DNA from: an uncultured Candidatus Micrarchaeota archaeon
GTDB taxonomy: Archaea; Micrarchaeota; Micrarchaeia; Anstonellales; Bilamarchaeaceae
Reading direction: 5' to 3'
Assembly: GCA_963714085.1 (NCBI GenBank)
Contig: OY970229.1
Span: forward strand, 864,001-928,000
Length of the DNA stretch: 64,000 nt
In this document: positions 28,816 through 38,716 of the stretch, in pieces
How the letters are laid out: every line of letters begins with the position of its first letter
Position numbering within the stretch: the first letter of the stretch is position 1
Notes under the pieces: model-generated
What the model was told of the DNA's origin: nothing
Databases searched by the model: none
The model's input: the letters and a program-made list of their open reading frames with translations, nothing else
Translations under genes and position numbers: made by a program

Positions 28816-29424
28816 ATGCGCGGTTTTATTCTGACGGTCCTGCTGCTCGCATGCGTCCTCATCGCCGGGTGCGCCACCCAAAACCCCCAAGCGCAGGCGG
28901 AGAACAGCACGATGCCGACCGCCCCAATTGCCAACGTTTCGCCAAACATTGCCCCGAACGCAAGCACCCCGGCAGCCAGCCCGGCGCCCGGCATCGCCCA
29001 GAACGCGAGCGCGCCGCCCGCGAACCCGGCGCCGAACATCACCCGGAACCTGAGCGTCCAGACAACGCCTGCGGATTCCTCAGGGCAGAACCTTTCCACG
29101 GACTTCGACAAGGTCTATTCCGGTGACGGCAAGCTCATGGTGTACTTCTTCTATTCCAGCACCTGCGAGAAATGCAAAATCATAGCCCCGTTCGTGGCCG
29201 GGATCGCGGAGCAGTACGGGAACGTAACCGAATGGCAGGACTACGACATAAACGGAGCGCAAGGCAGGTCCGCCTATTTCAGTTTTTTCAAACAGATGAA
29301 CCTGGACCAGGACCGCTCCGGGGTGCCGACCATCCTGGTGAACGACACCGTGCTTGTCGGAATATACGAGATAAACGATTCTCTGGAGCAGATAATCAAC
29401 GGATCGATCATCACGCCGCAATGA
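28816..29424 (+). CDS. Thioredoxin-fold lipoprotein
   Basis: Lipobox-like LIAGC, Pro/Ala/Asn linker, FFYSSTCEKC, GVPTI. Confidence 0.85.
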   Translation: MRGFILTVLLLACVLIAGCATQNPQAQAENSTMPTAPIANVSPNIAPNASTPAASPAPGIAQNASAPPANPAPNITRNLSVQTTPADSSGQNLSTDFDKVYSGDGKLMVYFFYSSTCEKCKIIAPFVAGIAEQYGNVTEWQDYDINGAQGRSAYFSFFKQMNLDQDRSGVPTILVNDTVLVGIYEINDSLEQIINGSIITPQ

Positions 29425-29477
29425 GCGGTGGGCGCGCGTTCACTTGTTTTAAATCATTTGCCTCCGATTAGCCATCC

Positions 29478-30509
29478 ATGAAGGTCATCCACTTCGATCC
29501 CAAGACCGGCGAGCTCAAGGTGGCAGCCGATACAGTGGACGACCTCTGGCACCTGGACAAGGTCCTTGGCGCCGGCTCCCGCGTGGAGGCTCACACCACC
29601 AGGACGTACAAGGTCGGGAACAAGGAGGAGAAGAAGCACGTCTTCATCACCATAGAGGTCGAGCGGGTGGAGTTCAGCAAGTCCCTGAACCGGCTCAGGC
29701 TATTAGGGAAGATAGTGGCCGGGGACCCCGAGGAGTTCGTGCAGATGGGCAAGCACCATACCATAGAGGTTTCCCCGGGCGACAAGATAAAGATCATCCA
29801 GCAGTGGAAGTCCCACCAGCTCAACCGGCTCAAGGAGGCGGAGAAGGAGTCCAAGAAGCCCAAGATACGCATAATCGTGCTGGACGACGAGAAGGCGCTC
29901 ACGGCCATGGTGCGCGCCTACGGCATCGAGTACGGGCCGGAGCTGTACTCCTCCGCCAGCAAGAGGGACGAGAAGCACGACGAGAGCGTGCGCTCCTATT
30001 TCGGCGCCGTCGCGGCCGAGATAGAGCGACACCCTGAGAAATACGTGGTCGCGGGCCCGGGCTTCACCAAGGACAACCTGAAGAAATTCATATCGCAGAA
30101 ATACCCGGACCTCCTCAAGCGCATCTCCTGGGAGTCCTGCTCCTATGCCGAGCGCGCGGGCGTCAACGAGCTGATGAAGCAGGGCGTGCTGGAGAAGATC
30201 ATGGGCGAGGAGCGCATCGAGCGCGAGACCAAACTTGTCGAAGAGCTCATCACTGAAATCCACAAGGACAGCGGGCTGGCCGCTTATGGAATCAAAGAGG
30301 TCGCGAAGTCGGTCGACGCCTCAGCGGTGAAGCAGGTCCTCGTCCTCGACGAATACCTCCGGACGGACAAGGAAGCCGAGGATCTGGTGGAGAGGGCGGA
30401 CAAATCCAAGGCCGCAATAATCATAATCTCTTCGGAAGAGGAGCCGGGCATGAAGCTCAAAGGCTTCGGCAAGATTGCAGCACTGCTCAAGTTCAAGATG
30501 CGTGAGTGA
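29478..30509 (+). CDS. pelA: mRNA surveillance protein pelota
   Basis: DDLWHL, RLRLLGKI, HHTIEV, AGPGFTK, LKGFGKIAALLKF. Confidence 0.95.
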   Translation: MKVIHFDPKTGELKVAADTVDDLWHLDKVLGAGSRVEAHTTRTYKVGNKEEKKHVFITIEVERVEFSKSLNRLRLLGKIVAGDPEEFVQMGKHHTIEVSPGDKIKIIQQWKSHQLNRLKEAEKESKKPKIRIIVLDDEKALTAMVRAYGIEYGPELYSSASKRDEKHDESVRSYFGAVAAEIERHPEKYVVAGPGFTKDNLKKFISQKYPDLLKRISWESCSYAERAGVNELMKQGVLEKIMGEERIERETKLVEELITEIHKDSGLAAYGIKEVAKSVDASAVKQVLVLDEYLRTDKEAEDLVERADKSKAAIIIISSEEEPGMKLKGFGKIAALLKFKMRE

Positions 30510-30608
30510 ACGTTGCGCCTCTCGCAGACAAGGCCTGAAAAGCGCAACTTATTGTTTTTGGTGTCAAAAAATGAAGTTATTTAAAATACGTCTTTCTATA
30601 ATGTCCTT

Positions 30609-31676
30609 ATGGGCGGGACCACCTTCAGCTCTATCAAGCCAGCACTCACATCCATACTGAGCGGCAAGGATGTTAACCCGATGCGGGATTTCAGGCTCCT
30701 GGAGCATAGTCATTTCGACAACGTCAGCATGGGCACAAAGCCGAGCGGCACGCTGCACATGGGCAATCTTTTCGTCCTGGCATCGTGCATGCACTATCTG
30801 CGCGTCAACAGCAGCGCCACGGTCCATGTCGACATCATGGACCTTGATTTCAACAGCCATGGCGGCGCGCTGTTCATCCCGTTCATAAATCTGCCAGGCA
30901 CCAAAGAATTCATAACGCAGTTGGATGCTGCGGTGGGCATCCTCTCCCGCGAGCTGGTTGTTGGGCCGGAACGCGTCAAAATACGGTATTTCTCCGATAA
31001 GCTCAAAGAAAGCGATTCCAAGCTCAGGAGGATGTTTCTCGGGCTGGCCAAGGATAAGGAAACGGCAGACGCACTCAAATACTGCATCTCAGACGGGCCG
31101 GGCCGCCGCCACGCCTACCCGCCAGGCTGTCATGCCGCAGTGCCGATATCCATGATATGCCCTGGCTGCGGCCAGTCCAACAGTAATTTCGCACATTACA
31201 ATCCAACCCGCGCCCGGTTCACCGCGCAATGCTACAATCCGGGCTGCGCCGTAGGTGAATACGCCTCAGATCTTTCATCCGAACTCTTCAATGTGTACTA
31301 CCTGTCTCAGACCGTAAGAGACCTGCTCTTGCCGTCCCGCACTATCCATATCTACGGAGGCGACTATGACATGTCCCATGGCAAAAGTAATGCATCGAGG
31401 TTCATGCGTGCAGCAGCGATTGTGGAAGCAACGAAGCTGAATCTCGGGTTGGCAACCGGGATGCCATCTTTCTTCATAACCCCCATGATAACTAACCGCG
31501 ATGGCACGAAGATATCAAAGAGCGCGTGCAACAGGGGGCCGGCGTGCGGGAACCTGGTCTCCCACCTGCGGGACGAGATAGCGCACGTTGTCAAGCTGAT
31601 GCAATCATGCGTAGATGGCACGTTTGCGGGTCCCATTCTTACGGCTTCTGGAGATAACGCATCTTGTGCTGAATGA
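30609..31676 (+). CDS. Class I lysyl-tRNA synthetase-like protein, catalytic domain only
   Basis: KPSGTLHMGN (HIGH), CPGCG..CYNPGC Zn knuckle, GGDY, KISKS. Ends about 48 aa after KISKS. Confidence 0.65.
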   Translation: MGGTTFSSIKPALTSILSGKDVNPMRDFRLLEHSHFDNVSMGTKPSGTLHMGNLFVLASCMHYLRVNSSATVHVDIMDLDFNSHGGALFIPFINLPGTKEFITQLDAAVGILSRELVVGPERVKIRYFSDKLKESDSKLRRMFLGLAKDKETADALKYCISDGPGRRHAYPPGCHAAVPISMICPGCGQSNSNFAHYNPTRARFTAQCYNPGCAVGEYASDLSSELFNVYYLSQTVRDLLLPSRTIHIYGGDYDMSHGKSNASRFMRAAAIVEATKLNLGLATGMPSFFITPMITNRDGTKISKSACNRGPACGNLVSHLRDEIAHVVKLMQSCVDGTFAGPILTASGDNASCAE

Positions 31677-31718
31677 AACCGTGTAGCACCTGACAACTTT
31701 GATAGAAATCGCCCATCC

Positions 31719-32303
31719 TCAGGCCTTGGCGTTTTTTCTCCGTCCCGGCCAATAAACGAAAGCGGTTATGACGCCGCTGAGCAGGACGTCATAGACCGGG
31801 TAGAGCGCGATCGTGAAGTTCCACTGGGTTATTGCGAGGAGGTTGAGCGTGTTGGCCACTACGAATATCGGCCATGCGAGATTGGCCTCCTCCTCCGGCT
31901 TGTCCCATGCCTTCTTTATCGTCGGCATGAAACCCATGGCATCCACAGCCGTGGTGAGGTAGTAGGCCAGGACAGGGTCTTTCGTGATCGCCCAGAGGGC
32001 CAACCCCGCACCGGCTCCGACAAGGCAGCATTTCTCGAGCGTGGTCCAGCCTTCCTCCCCGTACTTCAACGAAAGGATGGCGATTATCGTCATTCCTATG
32101 GCGTAGGAGATGGGGACCCAGGCCGTTTCCCTGGCTCCGGAAGCGTAATAGCTCGCCGCGATTGTCAGGCCGACCGCGGCCCATACTATCCAGGTCGCTT
32201 TACTAGGCTTGGTGGTGCGATTCAGGGTCCCGATTATGTACGGGATGAAGGCGATGAAGCCGATCACGCCCGCGGCAAGGCCCACGGTAGAAGCGAACGT
32301 CAT
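31719..32303 (-). CDS. Multi-pass membrane protein (PQ-loop-like repeat)
   Basis: FIPYI...KPSKATW and [13 protein letters not shown] halves. ATGA overlap with gyrA. Confidence 0.7.
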   Translation of the reverse strand: MTFASTVGLAAGVIGFIAFIPYIIGTLNRTTKPSKATWIVWAAVGLTIAASYYASGARETAWVPISYAIGMTIIAILSLKYGEEGWTTLEKCCLVGAGAGLALWAITKDPVLAYYLTTAVDAMGFMPTIKKAWDKPEEEANLAWPIFVVANTLNLLAITQWNFTIALYPVYDVLLSGVITAFVYWPGRRKNAKA

Positions 32304-34723
32304 GGCGCTGCCGCCTGCTCGGCCTTGGGCACCACCGCGAAGCTGGCCACCTTCTCGCCTTCCTCCTCCTGCAGGCGTATGATGCGCACGCCCTGGGTGT
32401 TCCTGCCTATCACGGATATGCCCGTGACAGGGGAGCGGATGGTCTGGCCCTTGGAGCTCACCACTATGATCTCGTCGCTGTCCAGCACGCCCCTGACGCC
32501 GACGACCGCGCCGTTCCTGCCCTCGGTCTTCATGTTTATGACTCCGGAGCCGCCGCGGCCCTGCAGCCTGTACTCGCTGGTCGCGGTCCTCTTGCCGTAG
32601 CCGTTCTCTGTTATCGTCAGGATGCTCGGGTACTTCTTGCACGATGCCACTCCGACAACGGCGTCGTCCTTGTCCTTGAGCCTTATGCCTATGACACCCA
32701 TGCCCGCCCTGCCTATCTCGCGCGCCTCGTTCTCGTCGAACCTGATCGCCTGTCCCTGCTTTGTAGCGATGACAAGCTCCTCCTTGCCGTCGGTCTTTAT
32801 CACTTCGACCAGCTGGTCCGCATCACGCAGGGTGATGGCCATTATGCCGGTCTTCCTCGGATGGGAGAAGTTGTCCAGCGACGTGCGCTTGACAATGCCG
32901 TTCTTCGTGACCATAACAAGGTATTCCTCGGGCTTGAACTCCGGGACCGGGATCCATGAACTCACCTTCTCCTCCTTGAGGTCCAGCAGGTTCACGAGCG
33001 ACTTGCCTGCCGCGTACCTTCCGGCCTCCGGTATCTGGTACGCCTTGAGCCAGAACACGCGCCCCTTGTCCGTGAAGAAGAGGATGTGATTATGGTTCCT
33101 GACGACGATGACGTCCTGCACGAAGTCCTGTTCCTTGGTCTCTGAGCCCACCACACCCTTGCCGCCGCGGTGCTGCGTGCGGTATTCGTCCAACCCGACG
33201 CGCTTCACGTAGCCCCGGCCGGATATCGTGACGACCACCTGGTCGTTGGGTATGAGCTCCTCTGCGGTTATCTCGCCTTCCACGTCGACTATGGCTGTGC
33301 GCCGTTCGTCCCCATATTTCGCCTTGACCTCCAGCAGCTCGTCCTTGATTATCTTGAGTATCTTGTTGACGTCCGCGAGCACGTCTTTGAGCCAGGCGAT
33401 GGTCTTCACCAGCTGCGCGTACTCGTCCTCTATCTTCTGCCTTTCGAGTGCTACCAAGCGGGATATCTTCATGTCCAGTATGGCGTTCGCCTGCTTCTCT
33501 GAAAGCGTGTAATTCCTCATCAAGCCAGCCCGCGCATCCGCGATGTCCTTGGTCTTTTTGAGGAACGTGACTATCTCGTCTATGCGCTCCAGAGCGATCC
33601 TTAGACCTTCGAGTATGTGCGCCCGCTCCTCCGCCTCTTTGAGCTCGAACACGCAGCGCCTGCGCACGACCTCCTTCCTGAACTCTATGAACTCGTTGAG
33701 TAGCGGGTAGAGCCCGAGCACCCGCGGCTGCTTGCCAACGAGCACCAGGTTTATGATGCCGAACGTGCCCTCCAGGGGCGTGTGCGCGTATATCTGGTTG
33801 AGCACCACCTCTCCGATGGCGCCCCTCTTGAGGTCTATGAGGACCTCGATGCCGTCCTTGTCCGAGCGGTCGTGCACCCCGGATATGCCCTCTATCTTCT
33901 TCACCTTGACGGCTTCGGCTATGGCCTCTATGATGGCGGTCTTCGTGACCTGGTAGGGGATCTCGGTTATCACTATCGCATTGCGTTTCGTGTCCACATG
34001 CGCCTTGCCCCTCACCCGGATTATGCCCCTGCCGGTCTTGTACGCTTGGAGAATCCCTGCGCGTCCGACGATTTCTCCTCCAGTGGGGAAATCCGGACCG
34101 CTCACTATCATCAGGAGTTTGTCCTCGTCCGCGCCGTCTATGACTGCAATCGCGCCATCCACTATCTCGGTGAGGTTATGGGGCGGGATGTTCGTGGCCA
34201 TGCCGACCGCGATACCCGAGGAGCCGTTCACGAGCAGGTTCGGTATCCTTGATGGCATCACCACCGGCTCCTTGAGCGTGCCATCGAAGTTGTCCGTCCA
34301 GTCTACGGTCTCCTTGTTTATGTCCGAGAGCACATCGTCAGCGATTTTGGCGAGACGCACCTCGGTGTAGCGCATGGCAGCCGGGCTATCCCCGTCGATG
34401 CTGCCCAAGTTGCCTTGACCGTCTACAAGCGGATAACGCAACGAGAACCACTGCGCCATGCGGACCAACGAATCATAAACTGCCAGGTCCCCGTGCGGGT
34501 GGTACTTACCTAGGATTTCACCGACAATACGCGCGCTTTTCTTGTGGGGCTTGTCATGGTGGTTCGCAAGCTCGCTCATGCCGAAGAGTATCCTTCTGTG
34601 TACGGGCTTGAGTCCGTCCCGTACGTCCGGAATTGCCCTCCCGACTATCACGCTCATGGCGTAATCGAGGTAGCTCTCGCGCATGTCGTCCTCGATCGTC
34701 CGCGGTAATATGGTTTCGGGCAT
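32300..34723 (-). CDS. gyrA: DNA gyrase subunit A
   Basis: [26 protein letters not shown], GyrA box QHRGGKG and pinwheel repeats. Confidence 0.97.
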   Translation of the reverse strand: MPETILPRTIEDDMRESYLDYAMSVIVGRAIPDVRDGLKPVHRRILFGMSELANHHDKPHKKSARIVGEILGKYHPHGDLAVYDSLVRMAQWFSLRYPLVDGQGNLGSIDGDSPAAMRYTEVRLAKIADDVLSDINKETVDWTDNFDGTLKEPVVMPSRIPNLLVNGSSGIAVGMATNIPPHNLTEIVDGAIAVIDGADEDKLLMIVSGPDFPTGGEIVGRAGILQAYKTGRGIIRVRGKAHVDTKRNAIVITEIPYQVTKTAIIEAIAEAVKVKKIEGISGVHDRSDKDGIEVLIDLKRGAIGEVVLNQIYAHTPLEGTFGIINLVLVGKQPRVLGLYPLLNEFIEFRKEVVRRRCVFELKEAEERAHILEGLRIALERIDEIVTFLKKTKDIADARAGLMRNYTLSEKQANAILDMKISRLVALERQKIEDEYAQLVKTIAWLKDVLADVNKILKIIKDELLEVKAKYGDERRTAIVDVEGEITAEELIPNDQVVVTISGRGYVKRVGLDEYRTQHRGGKGVVGSETKEQDFVQDVIVVRNHNHILFFTDKGRVFWLKAYQIPEAGRYAAGKSLVNLLDLKEEKVSSWIPVPEFKPEEYLVMVTKNGIVKRTSLDNFSHPRKTGIMAITLRDADQLVEVIKTDGKEELVIATKQGQAIRFDENEAREIGRAGMGVIGIRLKDKDDAVVGVASCKKYPSILTITENGYGKRTATSEYRLQGRGGSGVINMKTEGRNGAVVGVRGVLDSDEIIVVSSKGQTIRSPVTGISVIGRNTQGVRIIRLQEEEGEKVASFAVVPKAEQAAAP

Positions 34724-34732
34724 GTGATCATC

Positions 34733-36622
34733 TCAGATGTCGAGGTTCTTCACCTGCTTGGCGTACTGCACGATGAACTCCTTCCTGGGCTCCACTTCCT
34801 CTCCCATGAGCACGGAGAAGAGCGCGTCCGCCTCCATGCCGTCCTCTATATTCACCCTCTTGAGCGTGCGCCTCTCCGGATCCATGGTGGTCTCCCAGAG
34901 CTGCTCAGGGTTCATCTCTCCCAAGCCCTTGTATCTTTGGATGTCGGACTTCTCCCCCACCTGCTTCAGCACTTCCTGGAGCTCCTGGTCCGAATAGGCG
35001 TAGCGGATGGCCTTGCCAGTTTTTATCCGGTAGAGCGGGGGCGTCGCGATGTAGAGGTATCCTTTTTCGATAAGCGGCTTGAAGTGTCTGTAGAACAGCG
35101 TTAGGATAAGGGTCCTGATATGGCTTCCGTCCACATCAGCATCGCTTGCGATTATTATCTTGTGGTACCTGCATTTGGCGAGGTCAAAATCGTCACCGAA
35201 TCCTGCGCCTACCGAAAGCACGATGGCCCTTATCTCCTCGGATGTCAGCACCTTGTGCAGCGGTGCCTTCTCGACATTCAGTATCTTCCCCTTCAGCGGG
35301 AGAATTGCCTGGTGTCGCCGATCCCTTGATTGTTTGCTTGAGCCCCCGGCCGAATCGCCTTCCACGAGGAAGATTTCGCTTTTCGCAGGGTCCTTCTCCT
35401 CGCAGTCGGCAAGCTTGCCCGGCAGTATGCTGGACTCGAACACGCTCTTGCGCCGGATGAGGTCCTTGGCCTTCTGAGCCGCCTCCCTCGCCTCCATAGA
35501 GCTCATTATCTTCTGCATGATTACCTTGGAGTCCGAGGGGTTCTCCTCCATGTAGGTCTTGAGCGAGTCGTAGGCAAGTGAATCCACTATGCCCTTGACC
35601 TCTGCGTTACCAAGCTTGGTCTTGGTCTGGCCCTCGAACTGGGGCTCCGGTATCTTGATGCTTATTATGGCGGTTAAACCCTCAAGCACGTCGTCTCCTG
35701 AGATATGCTTCTCCTCCTTCAGGCTCTTGTGGCCCTTCACGTAATCGTTCATCACCCTGGTCAGGGCGCTCTTGAAACCACTGACATGCGTTCCGCCCTC
35801 TATTGTCTTGATGTCGTTGACGAAGGAGTAGATGTTCTCGGAATAGCCGTCCGTGTACTGCATGCCCAGCTGGATCTCCACGTTGTCCGTGGTCTTCTCG
35901 ATATAGAACGGCGGGTGGAGCCTCGCCCTGGACTTGTTCAGGTATTCCACGAACTGCTTTATCCCGCCCTCGTAGTGGAATTCCTCCTGCTGGTCCGTCC
36001 TCTCGTCTTTTATCACTATCTTCAGGCCCGCGTTCAGGAACGCAAGCTCCATGATGCGCTCCCGCAGGTAGTTATAATCGAAATCCGCGACCTGGAAAAT
36101 CTTCGGGTCTGGCTTGAACCTCACCGTGGTCCCGGTCCTGTCCGTCTCCCCTATGGGCTTGACCTCGCACTGCGGTATCCCCTTAGCGTACTTCTGGATC
36201 CAGATCTTCCCGTCCCTGTGCACTTCGACGGTCATCTCTTCGCTCAGCGCGTTGACCACCGAGACACCCACGCCGTGGAGTCCTCCGGACACCTTGTAGG
36301 CCTTCTTCTCGAACTTGCCGCCTGCGTGGAGTATGGTCATCACGACCTCCAACGCCGACTTCCCGCTGGCGTGCTTCTCCACGGGCACGCCCCTGCCTTC
36401 GTCCATCACGGACACTGAGCCGTCGTTGTGTATGGTGACGTTGATGTTCTTCCCGTAGCCGGCAAGGTGCTCGTCGATAGAGTTATCTAGCACCTCGTAG
36501 ACCAGGTGGTGGAACCCCCGTTTGCCAGTGTCCCCGATGTACATGGCCGGCCTTTTCCGGACCGCTTCCAGGCCTTCCAGGATCTGTATGGATTCGGCTG
36601 TGTACCCGCTCTTATCTGCCAT
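34733..36622 (-). CDS. gyrB: DNA gyrase subunit B
   Basis: VRKRPAMYIG, SGGLHGVG, EGDSAGG, PLKGK, DADVDG, RYKGLGEM. Confidence 0.97.
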   Translation of the reverse strand: MADKSGYTAESIQILEGLEAVRKRPAMYIGDTGKRGFHHLVYEVLDNSIDEHLAGYGKNINVTIHNDGSVSVMDEGRGVPVEKHASGKSALEVVMTILHAGGKFEKKAYKVSGGLHGVGVSVVNALSEEMTVEVHRDGKIWIQKYAKGIPQCEVKPIGETDRTGTTVRFKPDPKIFQVADFDYNYLRERIMELAFLNAGLKIVIKDERTDQQEEFHYEGGIKQFVEYLNKSRARLHPPFYIEKTTDNVEIQLGMQYTDGYSENIYSFVNDIKTIEGGTHVSGFKSALTRVMNDYVKGHKSLKEEKHISGDDVLEGLTAIISIKIPEPQFEGQTKTKLGNAEVKGIVDSLAYDSLKTYMEENPSDSKVIMQKIMSSMEAREAAQKAKDLIRRKSVFESSILPGKLADCEEKDPAKSEIFLVEGDSAGGSSKQSRDRRHQAILPLKGKILNVEKAPLHKVLTSEEIRAIVLSVGAGFGDDFDLAKCRYHKIIIASDADVDGSHIRTLILTLFYRHFKPLIEKGYLYIATPPLYRIKTGKAIRYAYSDQELQEVLKQVGEKSDIQRYKGLGEMNPEQLWETTMDPERRTLKRVNIEDGMEADALFSVLMGEEVEPRKEFIVQYAKQVKNLDI

Positions 36623-36814
36623 AAAATTACCATGGATTTTTTGTACTATTTCACGACGTAGAATCTGCGGCCATTTCCGTCGCGTTGGTATATCGCAGAC
36701 AGGCTTTAAATAGCTGCCGAAAAAGCCCTCTTTTGCGGACGCTAAAAGTAGCCAAAGATGTACGAATACGGTAACTTTTTAAACCTTCAGCGCGTAATCA
36801 TATTTGGTGATATA

Positions 36815-37303
36815 TTGCCTTCTCATAAAAATGATGGAAAAGACGGAGCGGGTCGCAAGTGCCAGATCACTCCAGTATCGAAACTTCTCGGTCGATATCC
36901 TTGGCGAATCGCAAGTAAATCGGATGAAAAGCCGCCCTTAGCCCCAGACCCGGCGCACAGAACTGTTCCTCCGGAAGAGTTGGCACAACGCCGGGAAGGG
37001 CAACTGCCGTCGCCCAGAGAACTGGTTCGTGAGTTGGCGCAACGCCGTTCAGCGTCTGGCTCTTCCGAAACTGGCCCCGTTCCCCGGGCGCCGTCTGTGT
37101 CGAGGTTCTTCGGAAATACAGTTCCTCCCTCGTTGGAATACAATCCGCAAACCGGAAAACCAAGGCATAAGGCGCCGTCTGTGTCGAGATTCTTCGGCAT
37201 GGGATCCCCATCTGTTCCTTATGGGAGTGGGATGCAGGTGGGCGATAACGACAGACGCCAGGAACCCCGCGCCCCGTCCACTGCGAAAGAGCCGGGCAAG
37301 TAA
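36815..37303 (+). CDS. Hypothetical low-complexity protein with short repeats
   Basis: GGTGA then TTG 36815. ELAQRR occurs twice and APSVSRFFG occurs twice. Confidence 0.45.
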   Translation: MPSHKNDGKDGAGRKCQITPVSKLLGRYPWRIASKSDEKPPLAPDPAHRTVPPEELAQRREGQLPSPRELVRELAQRRSASGSSETGPVPRAPSVSRFFGNTVPPSLEYNPQTGKPRHKAPSVSRFFGMGSPSVPYGSGMQVGDNDRRQEPRAPSTAKEPGK

Positions 37304-37402
37304 AATCTCTTCCAATCCGCTGATTTTTGGTTTTTCAATCAAGCAGCGCCAGCCATGCGAAATCCTTAAAATCCTCGTTGCCAATCTCCATTGGGTCATT
37401 CA

Positions 37403-38716
37403 ATGTACTCAAAGCAGATACTCTCATTATTGAAAAAGAAGGGGATAGACATCGGCGACGAGGTCAGGCTCGACTCCCCTAAAGGGACTTTCACAGGCCT
37501 TCTCATGCCCAGGCCGGAAGGCGCAGAGGACACCTTCGTGATAAAGCTGGGCAACGGCTACAACCTGGGCATAGATGCGAAAGGGGCCGAGCTCAGCCTG
37601 GTGAAGAAAACCCAGCCAGCCAAACCTCATGGAGCCGAGCCAAAGGACAGGGGCGAAATCGCCATAATCGGCTGCGGCGGGACGATCGCATCCAAGGTCG
37701 AATACCGGACCGGCGCGGTCTATCCGGCCATATCCCCGCGCGAGATGCGTAACGCGTTCCCGGACGTGGACTCCATCGCCACCATACACACGCGGCAGCT
37801 GTTCGAGCTCTTCTCCGATGACATGGCGGTTCCGCACTGGAGCATCCTGGCAAAGGCAATAGCCGAGGAGGTGAAAGACGGCGCCAAAGGGGTGGTCGTC
37901 ATGCACGGCACGGACACCATGTCCTACACATCCGCAGCGATCTCATTTATGCTCCAGGACCTTCCGGTCCCAGTGGTCATCACAGGTGCCCAGCGCAGCT
38001 CGGACAGGCCATCCTCAGACAACCGGCTCAACCTCCTGAACGCGGTCTTCGCAGCGAAGCAGGATGTCGGCGAGGTCGGCGTTTGCATGCACGCAGGCCC
38101 GTCTGACGACATATGTCACTTACACCGCGGCACCAAGGTGCGCAAGATGCACAGCTCCAGAAGGGACGCGTTCAGGTCCATAAACTCGCCGCCTATAGCA
38201 GAACTGGATTACCGCGCATCCAGCTTCAAGCCGCTAACGGAGTACAAGAAGCGCTCCGTTCCGGGTTCGCTCAAGCTCGACGCCAAGATGTCGGACAACG
38301 TGGCCCTTATCCAGGTCCATCCCAGCATAAAGCCCAAATTCATCTCTTCGCTCAGCTCCTATGACGGAGTAGTGCTCATGGCCACGGGGCTCGGGCATGT
38401 GCCGACCAACCCGACCAACGAGAAGCACGCGACCCCTATTTTCCCGGAGGTCCGCGGGCTCGTGGAATCCGGAATCCCGGTCGTGCTCGCGCCCCAGACC
38501 ATCTACGGCAGGCTGAACCTCAAGGTCTATACCAACGGCAGGCTGCTCCTGGACGCAGGCGTCATAGGGGACGGCATGGACTGGACCCCTGAATGCGCCT
38601 ATGTGAAGTTATCCTGGGTCCTGGGCCAGACCAAGGACATGAAGAAGGTCAGGCAGCTCATGGAGACGAACATGGCCGGCGAGTTCAGCAGCCGCAGCCC
38701 CCTGGAGGTGGACTAG
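37403..38716 (+). CDS. gatD: Glu-tRNA(Gln) amidotransferase subunit D
   Basis: KLGNGYNLG, GGTIAS, HGTDT, QRSSDRPSSD, RKMHSSRRDAF. Confidence 0.96.
   Translation: MYSKQILSLLKKKGIDIGDEVRLDSPKGTFTGLLMPRPEGAEDTFVIKLGNGYNLGIDAKGAELSLVKKTQPAKPHGAEPKDRGEIAIIGCGGTIASKVEYRTGAVYPAISPREMRNAFPDVDSIATIHTRQLFELFSDDMAVPHWSILAKAIAEEVKDGAKGVVVMHGTDTMSYTSAAISFMLQDLPVPVVITGAQRSSDRPSSDNRLNLLNAVFAAKQDVGEVGVCMHAGPSDDICHLHRGTKVRKMHSSRRDAFRSINSPPIAELDYRASSFKPLTEYKKRSVPGSLKLDAKMSDNVALIQVHPSIKPKFISSLSSYDGVVLMATGLGHVPTNPTNEKHATPIFPEVRGLVESGIPVVLAPQTIYGRLNLKVYTNGRLLLDAGVIGDGMDWTPECAYVKLSWVLGQTKDMKKVRQLMETNMAGEFSSRSPLEVD

Noticed and set aside
21417..36622. Inteins in RadA, GyrA or GyrB
   Set aside because: Protein lengths are normal and motifs are contiguous, with no intein insertion seen.
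37087..37197. 27-bp direct repeat pair as a CRISPR array
   Set aside because: Only two copies, 84 bp apart and in frame within an ORF, with no cas genes nearby.
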